Below are positions 25,759 to 37,507 of a DNA stretch of 64,000 bases, in pieces. The notes beneath the pieces are model-generated. The model was not told the DNA's origin. It saw only the letters and a list, made by a program, of their open reading frames with translations, and did not search any database. A program made the translations under genes and the position numbers. Every line of letters starts with the position of its first letter. Position 1 is the stretch's first letter. This DNA is from Dictyostelium discoideum (lineage: Eukaryota). Location of the stretch: contig CM000154.2 of the NCBI GenBank assembly GCA_000004695.1, forward strand, positions 4,288,001-4,352,000, written 5' to 3'.

Positions 25759-26099
25759 ATTATCATTTGACGCGGTAATGTATAGTTATAATAAATTCTG
25801 GATTCTGTTGTTGATGTATCCATCATCTCGATTTCATCAAGCGAGTTCCTAAAGAAAATTTCGTTTTCATCTATTTCTATTTCTATTTCTGTATTTTTAT
25901 TATTATTATTATTATTAATAATATTTTGGTAAATTTTTAATTTTTTTAAAGTTTTGTTTGATTGTAAAATGTTTGAAATTTCTTCTACTCCACTTTGACT
26001 GATGTTGTTGCATGATATATCCAAATACTTTATTGTTGGATGATTTCTTAATCTATTTGCCAAACTAATTGCACCATAGTCTCCAATTTGATTAGCTAA

Positions 26100-26150
<51 letters not shown>

Positions 26151-27264
26151 AGAAATTATATTATTTACGTAAAATAAAAAAATAAATAAATGGTATATAA
26201 AAAAAAAATAATAATTACTCGATAAATCTATATATTTAATTGAATTGTTATTTTTAAGTACTTCACCTAAACAAATTGCACCTAATTCATCAATATTACA
26301 TCCACTTAGTGATAATGTGGTTAAGGTATTATTTAATTTTAATCCATGACACAAAAAATCAATGGAACTGTTGGAATCATTATCTGAAAAATAAAAAAAT
26401 TCAGAAAAAAAAAAAAAAAAAAAAATAAGAAAAAAAAAAAAAAAAAAAAATCAGAAAAAAAAAAAAAAAAAAAAAATCAGAAAAAAAAAAAAAAAAAAAA
26501 ATTAGTCTATTTTTATATTTGAAAAGTGAAAAGAAATATTTTGAAAAAAAAAGTAAAAAAAAAATACCTACTTGACCAATTTAAACTAACAATGGAATCA
26601 TTTTTTGATAATAGCATACCAATACATGCAAGACCATTTTTAGAATCACAATCTAAAATTAAATAAATAAAATAAAAAAAAAATTAGTTATTTTTTTTTA
26701 CTTTAAAAAAAAAAAAAAAAAAAAAATTAAAATTAAAAAATACATACTTTGTAAATCTAAATATTTAATAGTATTATTATTTAAAAGGAAACAAGATAAA
26801 TCATAAATTGATTGATCACCTAATTGATTACCTTCTAAATTAATATCTTCAACAGATTTATTACATTTTAATGCATTTAAAATATAATGAATATGAGAAT
26901 TTGAAAGATTGGAAAGTGATAAATCAATAGATTTTAAATGTTTTATACTATTATTTATATTTGGGTCTATTAAAATATTACAAATTACTTTTGTGACCAC
27001 ATCTGGTGCTTCAACATTTAAAATTTCTAAATGTTTTAAATTTCCAAAATTTTGAATTTTAAAAAATAATGGAATTATATTACTCTTTGACAATGATAAT
27101 GATGTACACAATAATCTTAGATTTTGGCACCACTCTTTACAAACCAATTGGATTATTAATCTTTGATTATTATTTGAATCCCAAGAAATAATTTCATTTT
27201 CAAAATCATTGAAAATCATTGAAATAATTTTTAAAAATATTCTTTTTGGAAAATTTATATCCAT
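25752..27264 (-). CDS. Leucine-rich repeat protein of ribonuclease-inhibitor (RNI) type, about 368 aa. Exons are 26748-27264, 26572-26652, 26219-26383 and 25752-26095.
   Basis: LRR consensus runs through the protein: LxxLxLxxNxIgdxg, KYLDLQ, KYIDLS, KYLDIS. Donors are GTATGT at 26747, GTAGGT at 26571 and GTAATT at 26218. Acceptors are tttAG at 26653, ttcAG at 26384 and tttAG at 26096. All three introns are phase 1, and the junctions link ORFs 26698-27264, 26103-26354 and 25752-26063 in frame. Confidence 0.7.
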
Positions 27265-27324
27265 TTTTTTTTTTATTTTTTTTTATCTTTTTTTTATTTT
27301 TTTTTATCACAATGCAAAAAAAAA

Positions 27325-27358
<34 letters not shown>

Positions 27359-28003
27359 TTGAAATTTTTTTATTAAAAAATTATTTTTTATTTTATTTTT
27401 TAAAAAAAATGTTATTATTATGTAAAGAGCTATTTTAGACCGTAATATTGTTTTTGATAATTATTTTTTCCATCATTTTCTTAAATGATTTTTTTTTTTT
27501 TTAATCTTTTTTTTTTTTTCAAAAAAAAAAAAAAAAAAAAAATTATAAAAAAAATAAAAAAAAATAAAAAAAAAAAAGATCTTAACACAGATTTGTAGGA
27601 GTTGTAAATTAGGATTTTTGGAAGGGGGGGGTATTTTTTTTAATTAGGAAATCAATGAAAAAAATAAAAAAAATTATATATTGTCATACAAAAATAAGTG
27701 TGGAGAAATTTTTTTTTTTGCCCGCTGATCTAAATCTCCAGATTGTCCAGAATAAAAGAAGACAAAAAAATGATAAAAAAAATAAAAATAAAAAATAAAA
27801 AAACAAATTTGTATTATTTTATATAAAAATAAAAAAAAAAAAAATTTAAAAAGTAAAAAAAATAAAAATTGATTGATTGGTTTTGTGGGGATATTTATCA
27901 TTTATGATCATTTTTTTTTTTTTTTTTCCTTTATGGGGTTCCAAAAAAATGCTCAAAAAATTTGGAAACCAATAATTTAATTTAATTTTTTTTTTTTTAA
28001 TTT

Positions 28004-28043
<40 letters not shown>

Positions 28044-28138
28044 CTTTTTTTTTTTTTTTTAATTTTGGTATTATTTTTAGATTTTGGGCATTGCATGGCT
28101 GACCATCGCATGACATCCAACTCACCCACATATTATTA

Positions 28139-29345
28139 TTAAAAATGATTTTGATTTTGAGACAAAAACTTTTTTATATATTCATAAGAAGTAAAGGTTA
28201 TTACACAAGATGGAGTTACACGCAATAAATTTACACCCATTCCTCTATAAAGACCACGCCAACCTTCTTCTCTAACTATTTGTTTAAACATTTGAATGAT
28301 ATTACCTCTATAAGTCCTATTTGGTGAATCAGGTGAACTATCTTGAGATCTTGCTCTTAAAACTTCATGAGGATATGCAACAACACTCGCTATAATTTTT
28401 GATACACTTGATGCTATCATAATTTCAACAATTCCTAATTCTTTATTTTTATTTTCTAAAAAATAAAAAATAAAATAATATTAATTCATTGTTCATTATT
28501 TTTTTTTTTTTTTTTGATTTTTTAAAAACTAGTTTCTCTATTTTTAATTATAAAGTAACATACTTTCTTTTAAAATTGATTTAAATTTTTCATATAATGG
28601 GAATTGAACACCAACATGTAAAACACCTAATAAACTTGGACCTAAACCTTTATATAAACCTCTAAAACCTTCTTCATGATAAATCGATACCATACTATGT
28701 ACAATTCCTCTATATTTCTTTTGTCTTCCAACCATTTCTTGTGTCTAATTATTATTAATTATTATAGTTAGTAATTTTCAATTGATAATTATTTTTTTTT
28801 TTTTTTTTTTTTTTCAATATAATAATTACAATGAATCTTGTTTTAATTAACCAAATTGGACTTGTACAAATTGAAGTTGCAGCGCCAGCAATAATTGCAG
28901 AAGTCATGAAAATTAAAGGTGATTCTTTTTCAAGCAATGAATGTTTATCGTTTTCTTTGGTAAAAAGTTCTTTACAAAATGTATAGGTTGAGAAATAAAC
29001 TGCCCAAGATGGAATTTGACCGACCAAAGTAGGCTTTAATCCTAGATATAGATTTTTTACACCACCTTTTCTATCCAATATTGATTTAACTGTACTCATT
29101 ATGGTTTTATTACTACTATTATCAACTTGCAGTGTCGTTTTAATTACATCAAGTGGTGTTGTAAATAATGATGCCATAAATCCTGCTCCGCATCCTGCTG
29201 TCATTTCAACTAATCTACTATGTTGTTCATGTTGTTGATGATGTTGTTGTTGCTGCTGCTGTAATTGCTGTTTTATTATCCCATATCTTTTGTTATTATC
29301 ATTGCTATTATTTGTTGTCATTTGTTTATTTATATAAATACACAC
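28139..29345 (-). CDS. Mitochondrial substrate carrier family protein, about 337 aa. Exons are 28830-29345, 28564-28744 and 28139-28455.
   Basis: Three carrier repeats with signature motifs: PLDVIKTTLQ, PIWLIKTR and PHEVLRARSQ. There is a GTAATT donor at 28829 with an aattAG acceptor at 28745 (phase 0), and a GTATGT donor at 28563 with a ttttAG acceptor at 28456 (phase 1). The real start may be the second ATG (MTTNN) at about 29321. Confidence 0.75.
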
Positions 29346-29911
29346 AATTTATTTATTTAATTTATTTGTATCTGTTTGTATTTGTTTCTTTTTTTTTGCT
29401 GTTGCTGTTACTATTACTATTTTATTGTTATAATATTTCTATTATCATTATTATTATTATTAATTTACTTTATTATTTAAATTATGTGTATTAAAAATTA
29501 ACTCTAACCACATCAACATACATGCTACTATTTATTTTGTTTTTTTTATTTTTTTTTTTTTAAAAAAAAATTTGAAAAAATAAATAAAGTGACAAAAAAA
29601 AAAAAAAATAATAAAAAAATATAAAAAAAAGAGATAGAGATGCGTAATTACTTTTTTATATTTTTTCAATTTTATTTTTTTTTTTTCAAAATTTTGATTT
29701 TTTTTTTATATTTTTTTTTTTTATTTTTTTAATTTTTTATTAATTTTTTATTAATTTTTTTTAATTTCACAAAACACAACAACAAATTTTGATGTGTTTT
29801 AGGTCATAATCTCAAATTTTTAATTAATTAATCGATTTGGAATTTTTTTTTTTTTTTTCAAATAATAAATATCACCATATATAGATATAATATAGATATA
29901 ATATAGATAAA

Positions 29912-31104
29912 ATGACTGATAATATTAATAAAGAATCAACCACAACAACAACAACAATTGATCATACAACCAATTTATTAATTGATAAACATGTGGAATA
30001 TATAGTTAAATTAGGATCAAAGAAGGATTCATTTGAATATTGGGTAACAGAACATATTAGAATGAATGGAATGTATTGGGGATTATCATCATTATATTTA
30101 TTAAAATCATTAGATAAATTAGATAAAAATGAAGTTATACAATGGTTATTATCATGTCAAAAATCAAATGGTGGATTCGGTGGTAACACTTCCCATGACG
30201 ATCATTTACTTTCAACTTTATCAGCTGTTCAAATTTTAATTCAATATGATGCTTTAGATAAAATAGATATTAATTCTGTTGTAGATTGTATGTAAAAAAA
30301 AAAAAAAAAAAAAAAATAAAAATAATTTATATGTATGTGTGTATGTATGTATGTATGCATATTAATTTTATTTTTTTTAAAAAAATAGATGTTGTAAAAT
30401 TGCAAAGAGAGGATGGATCATTTGTTGGTGATCAATGGGGTGAAGTTGATACAAGATTTTCATATGCTGCAATAATGTGCCTTTCTTTATTAAAAAGTTT
30501 AGATAAAATTAATTGTGAAAAAGCTGTAGAATATATATTAAGTTGTCAAAATTTTGATGGTGGTTTTGGTTCCATTCCAGGTGCTGAATCTCATGCTGGT
30601 CAAAGTAAGTAAGATAATAAATTAATAAATAATAAATTATTAATTATTAATTATTAATTTATTAATTATTATTTAGTTTTTACATGTGTTGGTGCATTAT
30701 CAATTTTAAATGAAATTAATAAAATTGATATTGATAAATTAGGATGGTGGTTAAGTGAAAGACAATTACCAAATGGTGGATTAAATGGTAGACCAGAGAA
30801 ATCATCAGATGTTTGTTATTCATGGTGGGTATTATCAGCATTAAGTGCAATTGATAGATTACATTGGATCGATAATGATAAATTGAAAAGTTATATTTTA
30901 AAATGTCAAGATAATGAAACTGGTGGTATAGCTGATAAACCTGGTGATATTCCTGACGTTTTTCATACATTTTTTGGTATATGCGGTTTATCACTAATGG
31001 GTTATTTCAAAGATCAAATCGAATCAATTGATCCAGTTTATGCACTTGGCACTAAAACTTTACAAAAATTAGGTCTTAATTTACCTTGGAATAAAAATTT
31101 ATAA
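29912..31104 (+). CDS. Rab geranylgeranyltransferase (type II) beta subunit, about 339 aa. Exons are 29912-30287, 30389-30604 and 30677-31104.
   Basis: Prenyltransferase alpha-alpha toroid repeats ([88 protein letters not shown]) are collinear with RABGGTB. There is a GTATGT donor at 30288 with an aatAG acceptor at 30387-30388, and a GTAAGT donor at 30605 with a tttAG acceptor at 30675-30676. Both introns are phase 1. Confidence 0.85.
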
Positions 31105-31293
31105 ATAAAATATAAAATATAAAATATAAAATATAAAATATAATAATAATAATTATTCGATATATCTCTCCTTCCTTAAATTTTATTTATTATTATTATT
31201 TAGTTTTTAGTTTTTAATTAAATTAATGGGAATAATAAAAGTTGGATTCTTGAGAGGGAGCGAGAGAGAAGGGAGGGGAAACAGATGAGTAGT

Positions 31294-31461
31294 TTATCTA
31301 GCACAGAATGGGCAACAGGATATTGTTGGTGAAACTGTTAATTTTGAACCTGGTGGGCATCTTGGAATAGAGCATTGAACCTTGTCACATGGTCTGGATT
31401 GAGCCATTACTTGGGAATTAAATAATAATACTATCATTAAAACTAATAATAATTTAATCAT
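31294..31461 (-). CDS. Small secreted cysteine-rich peptide, about 55 aa: MIKLLLVLMIVLLLFNSQVMA | QSRPCDKVQCSIPRCPPGSKLTVSPTISCCPFCAR.
   Basis: ATG at 31461-31459 (minus strand), a hydrophobic signal peptide and a mature peptide of about 35 aa with 6 Cys, ending in a CCPxC motif. It is a paralogue of 31962-32132 and falls below the ORF-track length cut-off. Confidence 0.55.
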   Translation of the reverse strand: MIKLLLVLMIVLLFNSQVMAQSRPCDKVQCSIPRCPPGSKLTVSPTISCCPFCAR

Positions 31462-31961
31462 TTTTTATTCTTTTTATTATTGAATTTGTTATTGTTGATG
31501 TATAACTATTGAAATTATTTAATTGAATAATGATTTAATAAATAATACTTTTTTTTTTTATTTTTATACTAAAATAAAAAGTTTTGAAAAAAAAAAAATG
31601 TTTATAAAAGAAAACTATATTCAAAACATTCTCTTGATTTAATTTAAAAATAATAATAAAATATTAATATTAACATTAATTAATCTTTAAAAGAAATATA
31701 CATATTGGTTTTAATTTTTTTTTTTTTTTTTTTTTTTTTCCAAAATAAAAGATGTAAAGAATATAAATATTTTAAAATCAAAAAGAAAAAAAAAAAAAAT
31801 ATTTCAAAAATCCATAAATTTTTTAAAATAAAATAAACAAATTCTAATTTACAACAAACAAACAAATAAACAAATTAAAAATTTTATTATAAAAAATATT
31901 ATTTAAATTTTGAAAATATTTTTTATCTTTTAAATTTATAGATGTTTTTTAATGAATAAAA

Positions 31962-32132
31962 CTAGGCACACATCGGACAGCATGAAAAAGCTCTTGAATG
32001 AGTTATTTTTGAACCTGGAGGACATTTAGGTACATTACATTGAATTTTTGAACATTCAATATCAGCATTTACATTAAAACATAAAATTAAGAACATCATT
32101 AAAATTAATAAAAAATTAATAATTTTAATCAT
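31962..32132 (-). CDS. Small secreted cysteine-rich peptide, 56 aa: MIKIINFLLILMMFLILCFNVNA | DIECSKIQCNVPKCPPGSKITHSRAFSCCPMCA.
   Basis: Same architecture and Cys spacing as 31294-31461: C-x5-C-x3-C-PPGSK-x8-CCPxC. The two genes are 0.5 kb apart on the same strand. Confidence 0.55.
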   Translation of the reverse strand: MIKIINFLLILMMFLILCFNVNADIECSKIQCNVPKCPPGSKITHSRAFSCCPMCA

Positions 32133-33078
32133 TTTATCTTTTTTTTAATAATTTTTTATTTTTATTATTATTGTTTATTTTTTTTATTTTTTTTATTTAT
32201 TGTTAAATTTATTTTTAGTTTAAATAAGTTCCTTTTTTAATTATTTTTAAAATTTTATACAAGATTTTTTTTTTTTTTTTTTTTCATTCCAACTTTTTTA
32301 ATTTATTTTAAGATTATTCATATAAAAAGAAAAAATGATTTTTTATTTTTGTTTTTTTTTTTTTTAAAAAATAACAATAATTTATCAAAATGAAATTAAT
32401 AATTATTTATTTTTTTTTTAAAAAAAATGAAATAAATAAATAATTTTGTGTATTCTTGCAACAAAGATATCAACAATATCACTTAATTGTGTTTAATTTA
32501 TAATTAAGTTTAAAGATTAAATTAAAAAAGTTATATTTATCATTATTTTACCTATTTTTATTTTAAATTTTATTTTTTAAATTTCAATTTTAAAATTTTT
32601 ATTATTTTATTTTTTGCGATAGGGGTTTAATTTGAATAATAACTAATTATTCCTATTTTTTGCAATTGAAATTAAACATTTTATTCTAAAATTAATTAAT
32701 AAAAAAATATTTCCATTGTTTGTAAGTTTTTTATAGCCAAAAATAAAATAAAATAAATAAAAAAAAAAACTATCCAAATTTTATATATGATTAGTTTTCG
32801 ATTTACATAAAATTGTAAACCATCATTTAATTAATAAATTTTTAAATTTTATATTGCCGATAATTTAATATGTCTAATATTAATTAATTCAGTTTTTTTT
32901 TATTTTAAAAAGTAACTTTATTATTATTATTATTATTATTTTTTTTTATTATTTTTTTTTTAAAAATATACAATTATAATTAAATGTTTGGATTTTAAAA
33001 AAATTATTGAAATAATTTTTTAAAATATATACATCTATATATACACAAAAATTGAAATAAATAATGAAAGAAAAAGGA

Positions 33079-33443
33079 TTAGAGAAAATTTATTGTTTTA
33101 CCTGCTTGATTATAATGACCACCGGATGCCCAATTATCATAACCACCATCACCAAAATTAGTTGCAGTAACTTTACGACCTCTGGCGATTATATAAACAT
33201 CATAGCCAATTGTTGAAAATTTTGTATTTCTAAATTCACAATGGAGTTTAGCATATGGACCTGTGACAGCATGATTTGGATGACAAACAAAAACATTATA
33301 ACCTAATGATGAGAAATGTTTTACCACACTATTTGTAAAATCACAACGAGAACCATTTGGAATTCCTCTAATTTGATTAACAAATGTATTTACATCGATT
33401 TTTGTATTAACATGAAATGGATTCTCAATATTAATTTCTGCCA

Positions 33444-33444
<1 letters not shown>
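33079..33444 (-). CDS. 121-aa hypothetical protein, possibly of the microbial RNase fold (barnase/Sa/T1-like E...R...H spacing).
   Basis: Single-exon ATG ORF. The motif ...LHCEFRNTKF...YDVYIIARGRKV...GGYDNWASGGHYNQ has Glu70, Arg88/90 and His110 spaced as the catalytic E/R/H of guanyl-specific microbial RNases. There is no signal peptide. Confidence 0.5.
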
Positions 33445-33496
<52 letters not shown>

Positions 33497-34111
33497 AAAT
33501 ATAATAATTATTATTATCAATAAATTGGAAATGAAAAAAAAAAAAAATATTTGTTGTATTTATTTTTGTTAATTAATTTTAAAAAAATAAAAAAAAAAAA
33601 AAAAAAAATATTTAACATTGTTGACTTAAGAAATTAAAACTTAAAATAGATTCTTAATTTTTTAAGAAAAAAAAAAAAAAAAAAAAAAAATCTTTTAAAA
33701 TAAAAAAAGATGATATTTAGGGGATCGATTTATTGGAAAATAAAAAAAAAAAACACTTCTGTTTTATTAAATATAAAATTCTATTTTTATTCTCACTTTT
33801 TTTGAGTTACACTAAAAAGGATTAACAGTTTTGATTGATTATATTTGTAAAGAATAATTTTTACCATCAAAAAAAAAGAAAAAAATAAAATAAAATTAAA
33901 AAAATTTATAACAATGATTAAAACCACAAAAATATAATATGAAAAAAAAAAAATATTACTATTGGTTATTAACATTTTATTTTTTTATTTTTTATTTTTT
34001 TATTTTTTATTTTTTTTTTTATTTTTTTTTTTTTGATTGGTAAATAAGTTAAATTTTAATTTTGAGAGGGGATTAGGGGGGGGGGAAAGAGAGAATTAAA
34101 ACTAAAATAAT

Positions 34112-36310
34112 TTATGATGATGCAAGTTCTTGTTGATCTTGTAGTTTTTTCTTTGCAGCAGCTTTACCAACTAATTTCTTTGGTTTTGAAGTTTGTTGAG
34201 GTGCGGTGCCAGTTTCAACGAAATCGAGTATTATTTTGATAGTTTTGGTTTTAGTTTTATTCTTTGGAAGGTCATGAATTTTACAGTATTCTAATAAATC
34301 TGAAAGATTAAAGTTATTTTGTAAAAATCCTCTTTCAATTCCTTTCTTTATATAATCAAATGATGGGCATATCCATTTTCTATCATGAGTATAATAACCT
34401 TTAATCTCTGAAGACGCTGTTGATTGATAGTCCATTATATTATTATTATTATCATCATCATCATCGTCGTCATCATCCTCTGATAATAAACCATTACCAT
34501 TACCGTTACTACTTCCAAAATTACTAAAATTATCGTTTTGTTCTCTGTCTGATTCATTCTCACTATTTATTTCTACATCATTACTACTATTATTATTTTG
34601 AATACCATTACTATTATCTTCCTCTTCTTCTTCTTCTTGTTCTTCTGCTGCTGCTTCTTCGTTACCATTATTATTATCTTGTTTTCTTTTTCTTTTTCCA
34701 TTTGTTATTATTTTAGTTGTTTCTTTCTTTTTAGTAGTGGGCTTTGATTTTATTGTTGTGGAGGTTGATGTTTTTGCTATGGTAGATTTGGGTTTTGTAG
34801 TGGTTGTAGTTGTGGTGGTTGTTGTAGGGGTTGGCTTTGCTGTTGAAGCAGATTGGGCGCTACCGCTTCCTGGTTTTGATTTTTGTTCTGGTTGTAAATG
34901 TACAGGGTCCAATGGTAATGGTTTTCTCTCCCTTTTACCAGGAAGAGTTGGAGTTAATGGTTTATCTGATGATGGTTTATCCAATGATGATCTTAATTTC
35001 TTTTTTGGTTGTTCTGTGTTTGTTAAATTTTGTGATTTTTCGGTATTTTTTGTTGTTGATTGTACAGTTGTTGTTGTTGTTGTTGTTGTTGCTTGAGATT
35101 TTGATGTTTTTGGTGCTGGTTTTGATGGTGCTTCTGTTGGTGGTGATATTATAGTTGAGTTAGTTTTTGGTGCTATTATATTTGTTGGTGGTGTTGTTGT
35201 GGTTGTTGTTGTTGTTGCCTGTGGTGGTGTTGTAGTGGTTGTTGGTACTATGCCTGCAGTTTCAGTTGTTGGTGATTTAGTTGCTGGCTGTTTTTTAGTT
35301 GGTGCTTTTTTTGGTACACCCTTTTTAGCTTTTGATGGAGTTGTCTCTTTATTTGGTGAATTTGTACCACTATTGTCAGTGGGAGTTGTTGTTGTTGTTG
35401 TTGTTGCTGCTGCTATTGAGGTAGTGTTTGTCAATGGTGTTGTACTTGGAATTGGTGAAGTTGTAGAAGTAGTTGTGGTAGTATTAGTTGGTGGAACTAC
35501 TGTTGGAGTTGATGCAATTGTTGGAGTTGTAGTTGTAGTTGTTGTAGTTGTTGTTGGTGGTGGTGGTACTGCTGCGGTTGTTGTAGTAGTTGTTGTTGTT
35601 GCTGCTGCTGTAGTTGTAGTGTCAGGTGATTCTTCTAAATCATACATTGTACTCATGATTGAATCACATAGCGCACCCATATCATCTTTTATTTGAATTT
35701 TTAAATCTCTACAAAAGCTTTCTAAAGTTTTCTTATCTAATTTAAATAAAATTTTGAAGATACCTTGCATCATCATCTCCTCTTCTATTTTATATATCAT
35801 CTCATTGGTGTCTATGGAATTCTCTTGTTGGTCTAAACCTAATAAATTGAATGATTCTTTCAATTGTTTTGGATCTAGTATATATAATGTCTTTTTAATG
35901 TCTTTTCCTTCTTTAATAGTTGTACCAATAATCTGTGCAAATGATTCCGAATTTGGAATTGTTGTTAACCAACCATAAGATTCATCCCATATATTACTTT
36001 TAATAATTGGTAAATAATCTAATTTATTTATTACCATTGGTTTATTATTATTATTATCAGCTGTAGTTCCACCATTTGCAGTTAATTTATTATCTTGAGT
36101 TGTAGTTGCACCACCTTCTTTAGTTGTAGATGATGATGGTGGTTGCTGCTGCTGTTGTTGTTGTTGTTGTTGTTCTGCTGTGGTTGATGCTAATGTTGTG
36201 TTTGGTATTTTAAGTTCATTTAATGATTCAACTGCTAATTTAAGTGATTCTTCTGATAATTTTGCAAATGGTTGCATTATAATGTCAGCTGGTACAGCTG
36301 ATTCACTCAT
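34112..36310 (-). CDS. 732-aa hypothetical protein, probably nuclear, with Thr/Pro-rich and acidic low-complexity regions, a KRKRK motif and a conserved C-terminal domain (ICPSFDYIKKGIERGFL...SDLLEYCKIHDL).
   Basis: Long ATG ORF. Codon repeats such as (ACC)n and (GAA)n create multiple spurious antisense ORFs (34737-35978). Confidence 0.65.
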   Translation of the reverse strand: MSESAVPADIIMQPFAKLSEESLKLAVESLNELKIPNTTLASTTAEQQQQQQQQQQPPSSSTTKEGGATTTQDNKLTANGGTTADNNNNKPMVINKLDYLPIIKSNIWDESYGWLTTIPNSESFAQIIGTTIKEGKDIKKTLYILDPKQLKESFNLLGLDQQENSIDTNEMIYKIEEEMMMQGIFKILFKLDKKTLESFCRDLKIQIKDDMGALCDSIMSTMYDLEESPDTTTTAAATTTTTTTTAAVPPPPTTTTTTTTTTPTIASTPTVVPPTNTTTTTSTTSPIPSTTPLTNTTSIAAATTTTTTTPTDNSGTNSPNKETTPSKAKKGVPKKAPTKKQPATKSPTTETAGIVPTTTTTPPQATTTTTTTTPPTNIIAPKTNSTIISPPTEAPSKPAPKTSKSQATTTTTTTTVQSTTKNTEKSQNLTNTEQPKKKLRSSLDKPSSDKPLTPTLPGKRERKPLPLDPVHLQPEQKSKPGSGSAQSASTAKPTPTTTTTTTTTTKPKSTIAKTSTSTTIKSKPTTKKKETTKIITNGKRKRKQDNNNGNEEAAAEEQEEEEEEDNSNGIQNNNSSNDVEINSENESDREQNDNFSNFGSSNGNGNGLLSEDDDDDDDDDNNNNIMDYQSTASSEIKGYYTHDRKWICPSFDYIKKGIERGFLQNNFNLSDLLEYCKIHDLPKNKTKTKTIKIILDFVETGTAPQQTSKPKKLVGKAAAKKKLQDQQELASS

Positions 36311-37244
36311 TGTGTGTTTTTATTATTATTAATTATTAATTTATTAATATTATTGTTATTATTACTATTACTATTACTACTATTATTATTATTATCTAAT
36401 TCTATTCTATTCTATTTTTATTTATATATTTGTTATTTATTTATCTATTTGTTAATTAAGTTTTTTTTTTTTTTTTTTAAGAATTCTATTTTTAATCTAA
36501 TTTATTTAATCTACTTTTATCTATTTTTTAAACTTTTCTTTTTTATTTTTTTTTTTTTTTTATAATATATTTTATATTTTATTGATTAATTTAAATTATT
36601 ATTGAAAATAATTTATTAATTCACACACACTCTCTCACAGTATACTTTATATGTGTCTGTGGGAAATGTAATAATTTTTTGTTAGTTTTAATTTTTTTTT
36701 TTTTTTTTTTTTGAAATATTTTAAATTTTTTTTTTTTTTTTTTTATTTTAATTTTTTTATTTTAATTTTTTTTTATTTTAATTTTTTATTTTAATTTTTT
36801 TTTTTTTTTTTTTTGAAATTTGGGTGTTCATTGTTAACCACAACGGATTTGTTTTTTGACAGTTAAATTATTTTTAAAATAAAAAAAAAAATAAATTTCT
36901 AGTTTTTAATTGAAAACATTTTAAAATAAAATAAATTTATTTAATAATTTAAATATAAAATATTTATTAAGTTATATATATATATATTTATAATAAAAAA
37001 AAAAAAAAAAAAAAACCTTATTAATTATTTTTGTTTTAATATTATATTTTTTATTTAATTTTTTAAAATTTTTTTTTTTTTATTTTTTTTTTTTTTTTAT
37101 TCGGTAAAAAAAAAAAAAAAATTATTAAATAATAATAAATTATATTTGATTGGTTTAGGTACTATTGTGGCAATATTTATACATGATTTTTTTTTTTTTT
37201 TTAATAATATATTATTAATTAATTAATTTCTTATTTAAATAACC

Positions 37245-37507
37245 CCGTCTCTAGTTTTTCTATATCCATTTCCACTACTTTCGAACATCATATAGTCGGA
37301 ACCGGCAATTTTATTTGTAGATTGGTTATTAAAATTATTAAAAATATTTGAATTTATATTTTTGGCATTTTTATTATTATTTCTATTTAAACCAGAGAAT
37401 GAGCAAATTGAATCTGGAAAATAAAAAAAAAATTAATATTAATTTATTATGGAAAAAAAAAAAAAAAAAAATAGTTTATTAAATAAATACTTACTTAAAA
37501 GTGACAT
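37245..37507 (-). CDS. Small 64-aa protein: MSLL | NSICSFSGLNRNNNKNAKNINSNIFNNFNNQSTNKIAGSDYMMFESSGNGYRKTRDGVI. Exons are 37495-37507 and 37245-37423.
   Basis: ATG at 37507-37505, then a 13-nt first exon ending in a GTAAGT donor at 37494. A 71-nt AT-rich intron ends at a tttccAG acceptor at 37425-37424, phase 1. The N-terminus MSLLNSICSFSG is reminiscent of the HssA/2C/7E small-protein family. Confidence 0.4.
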
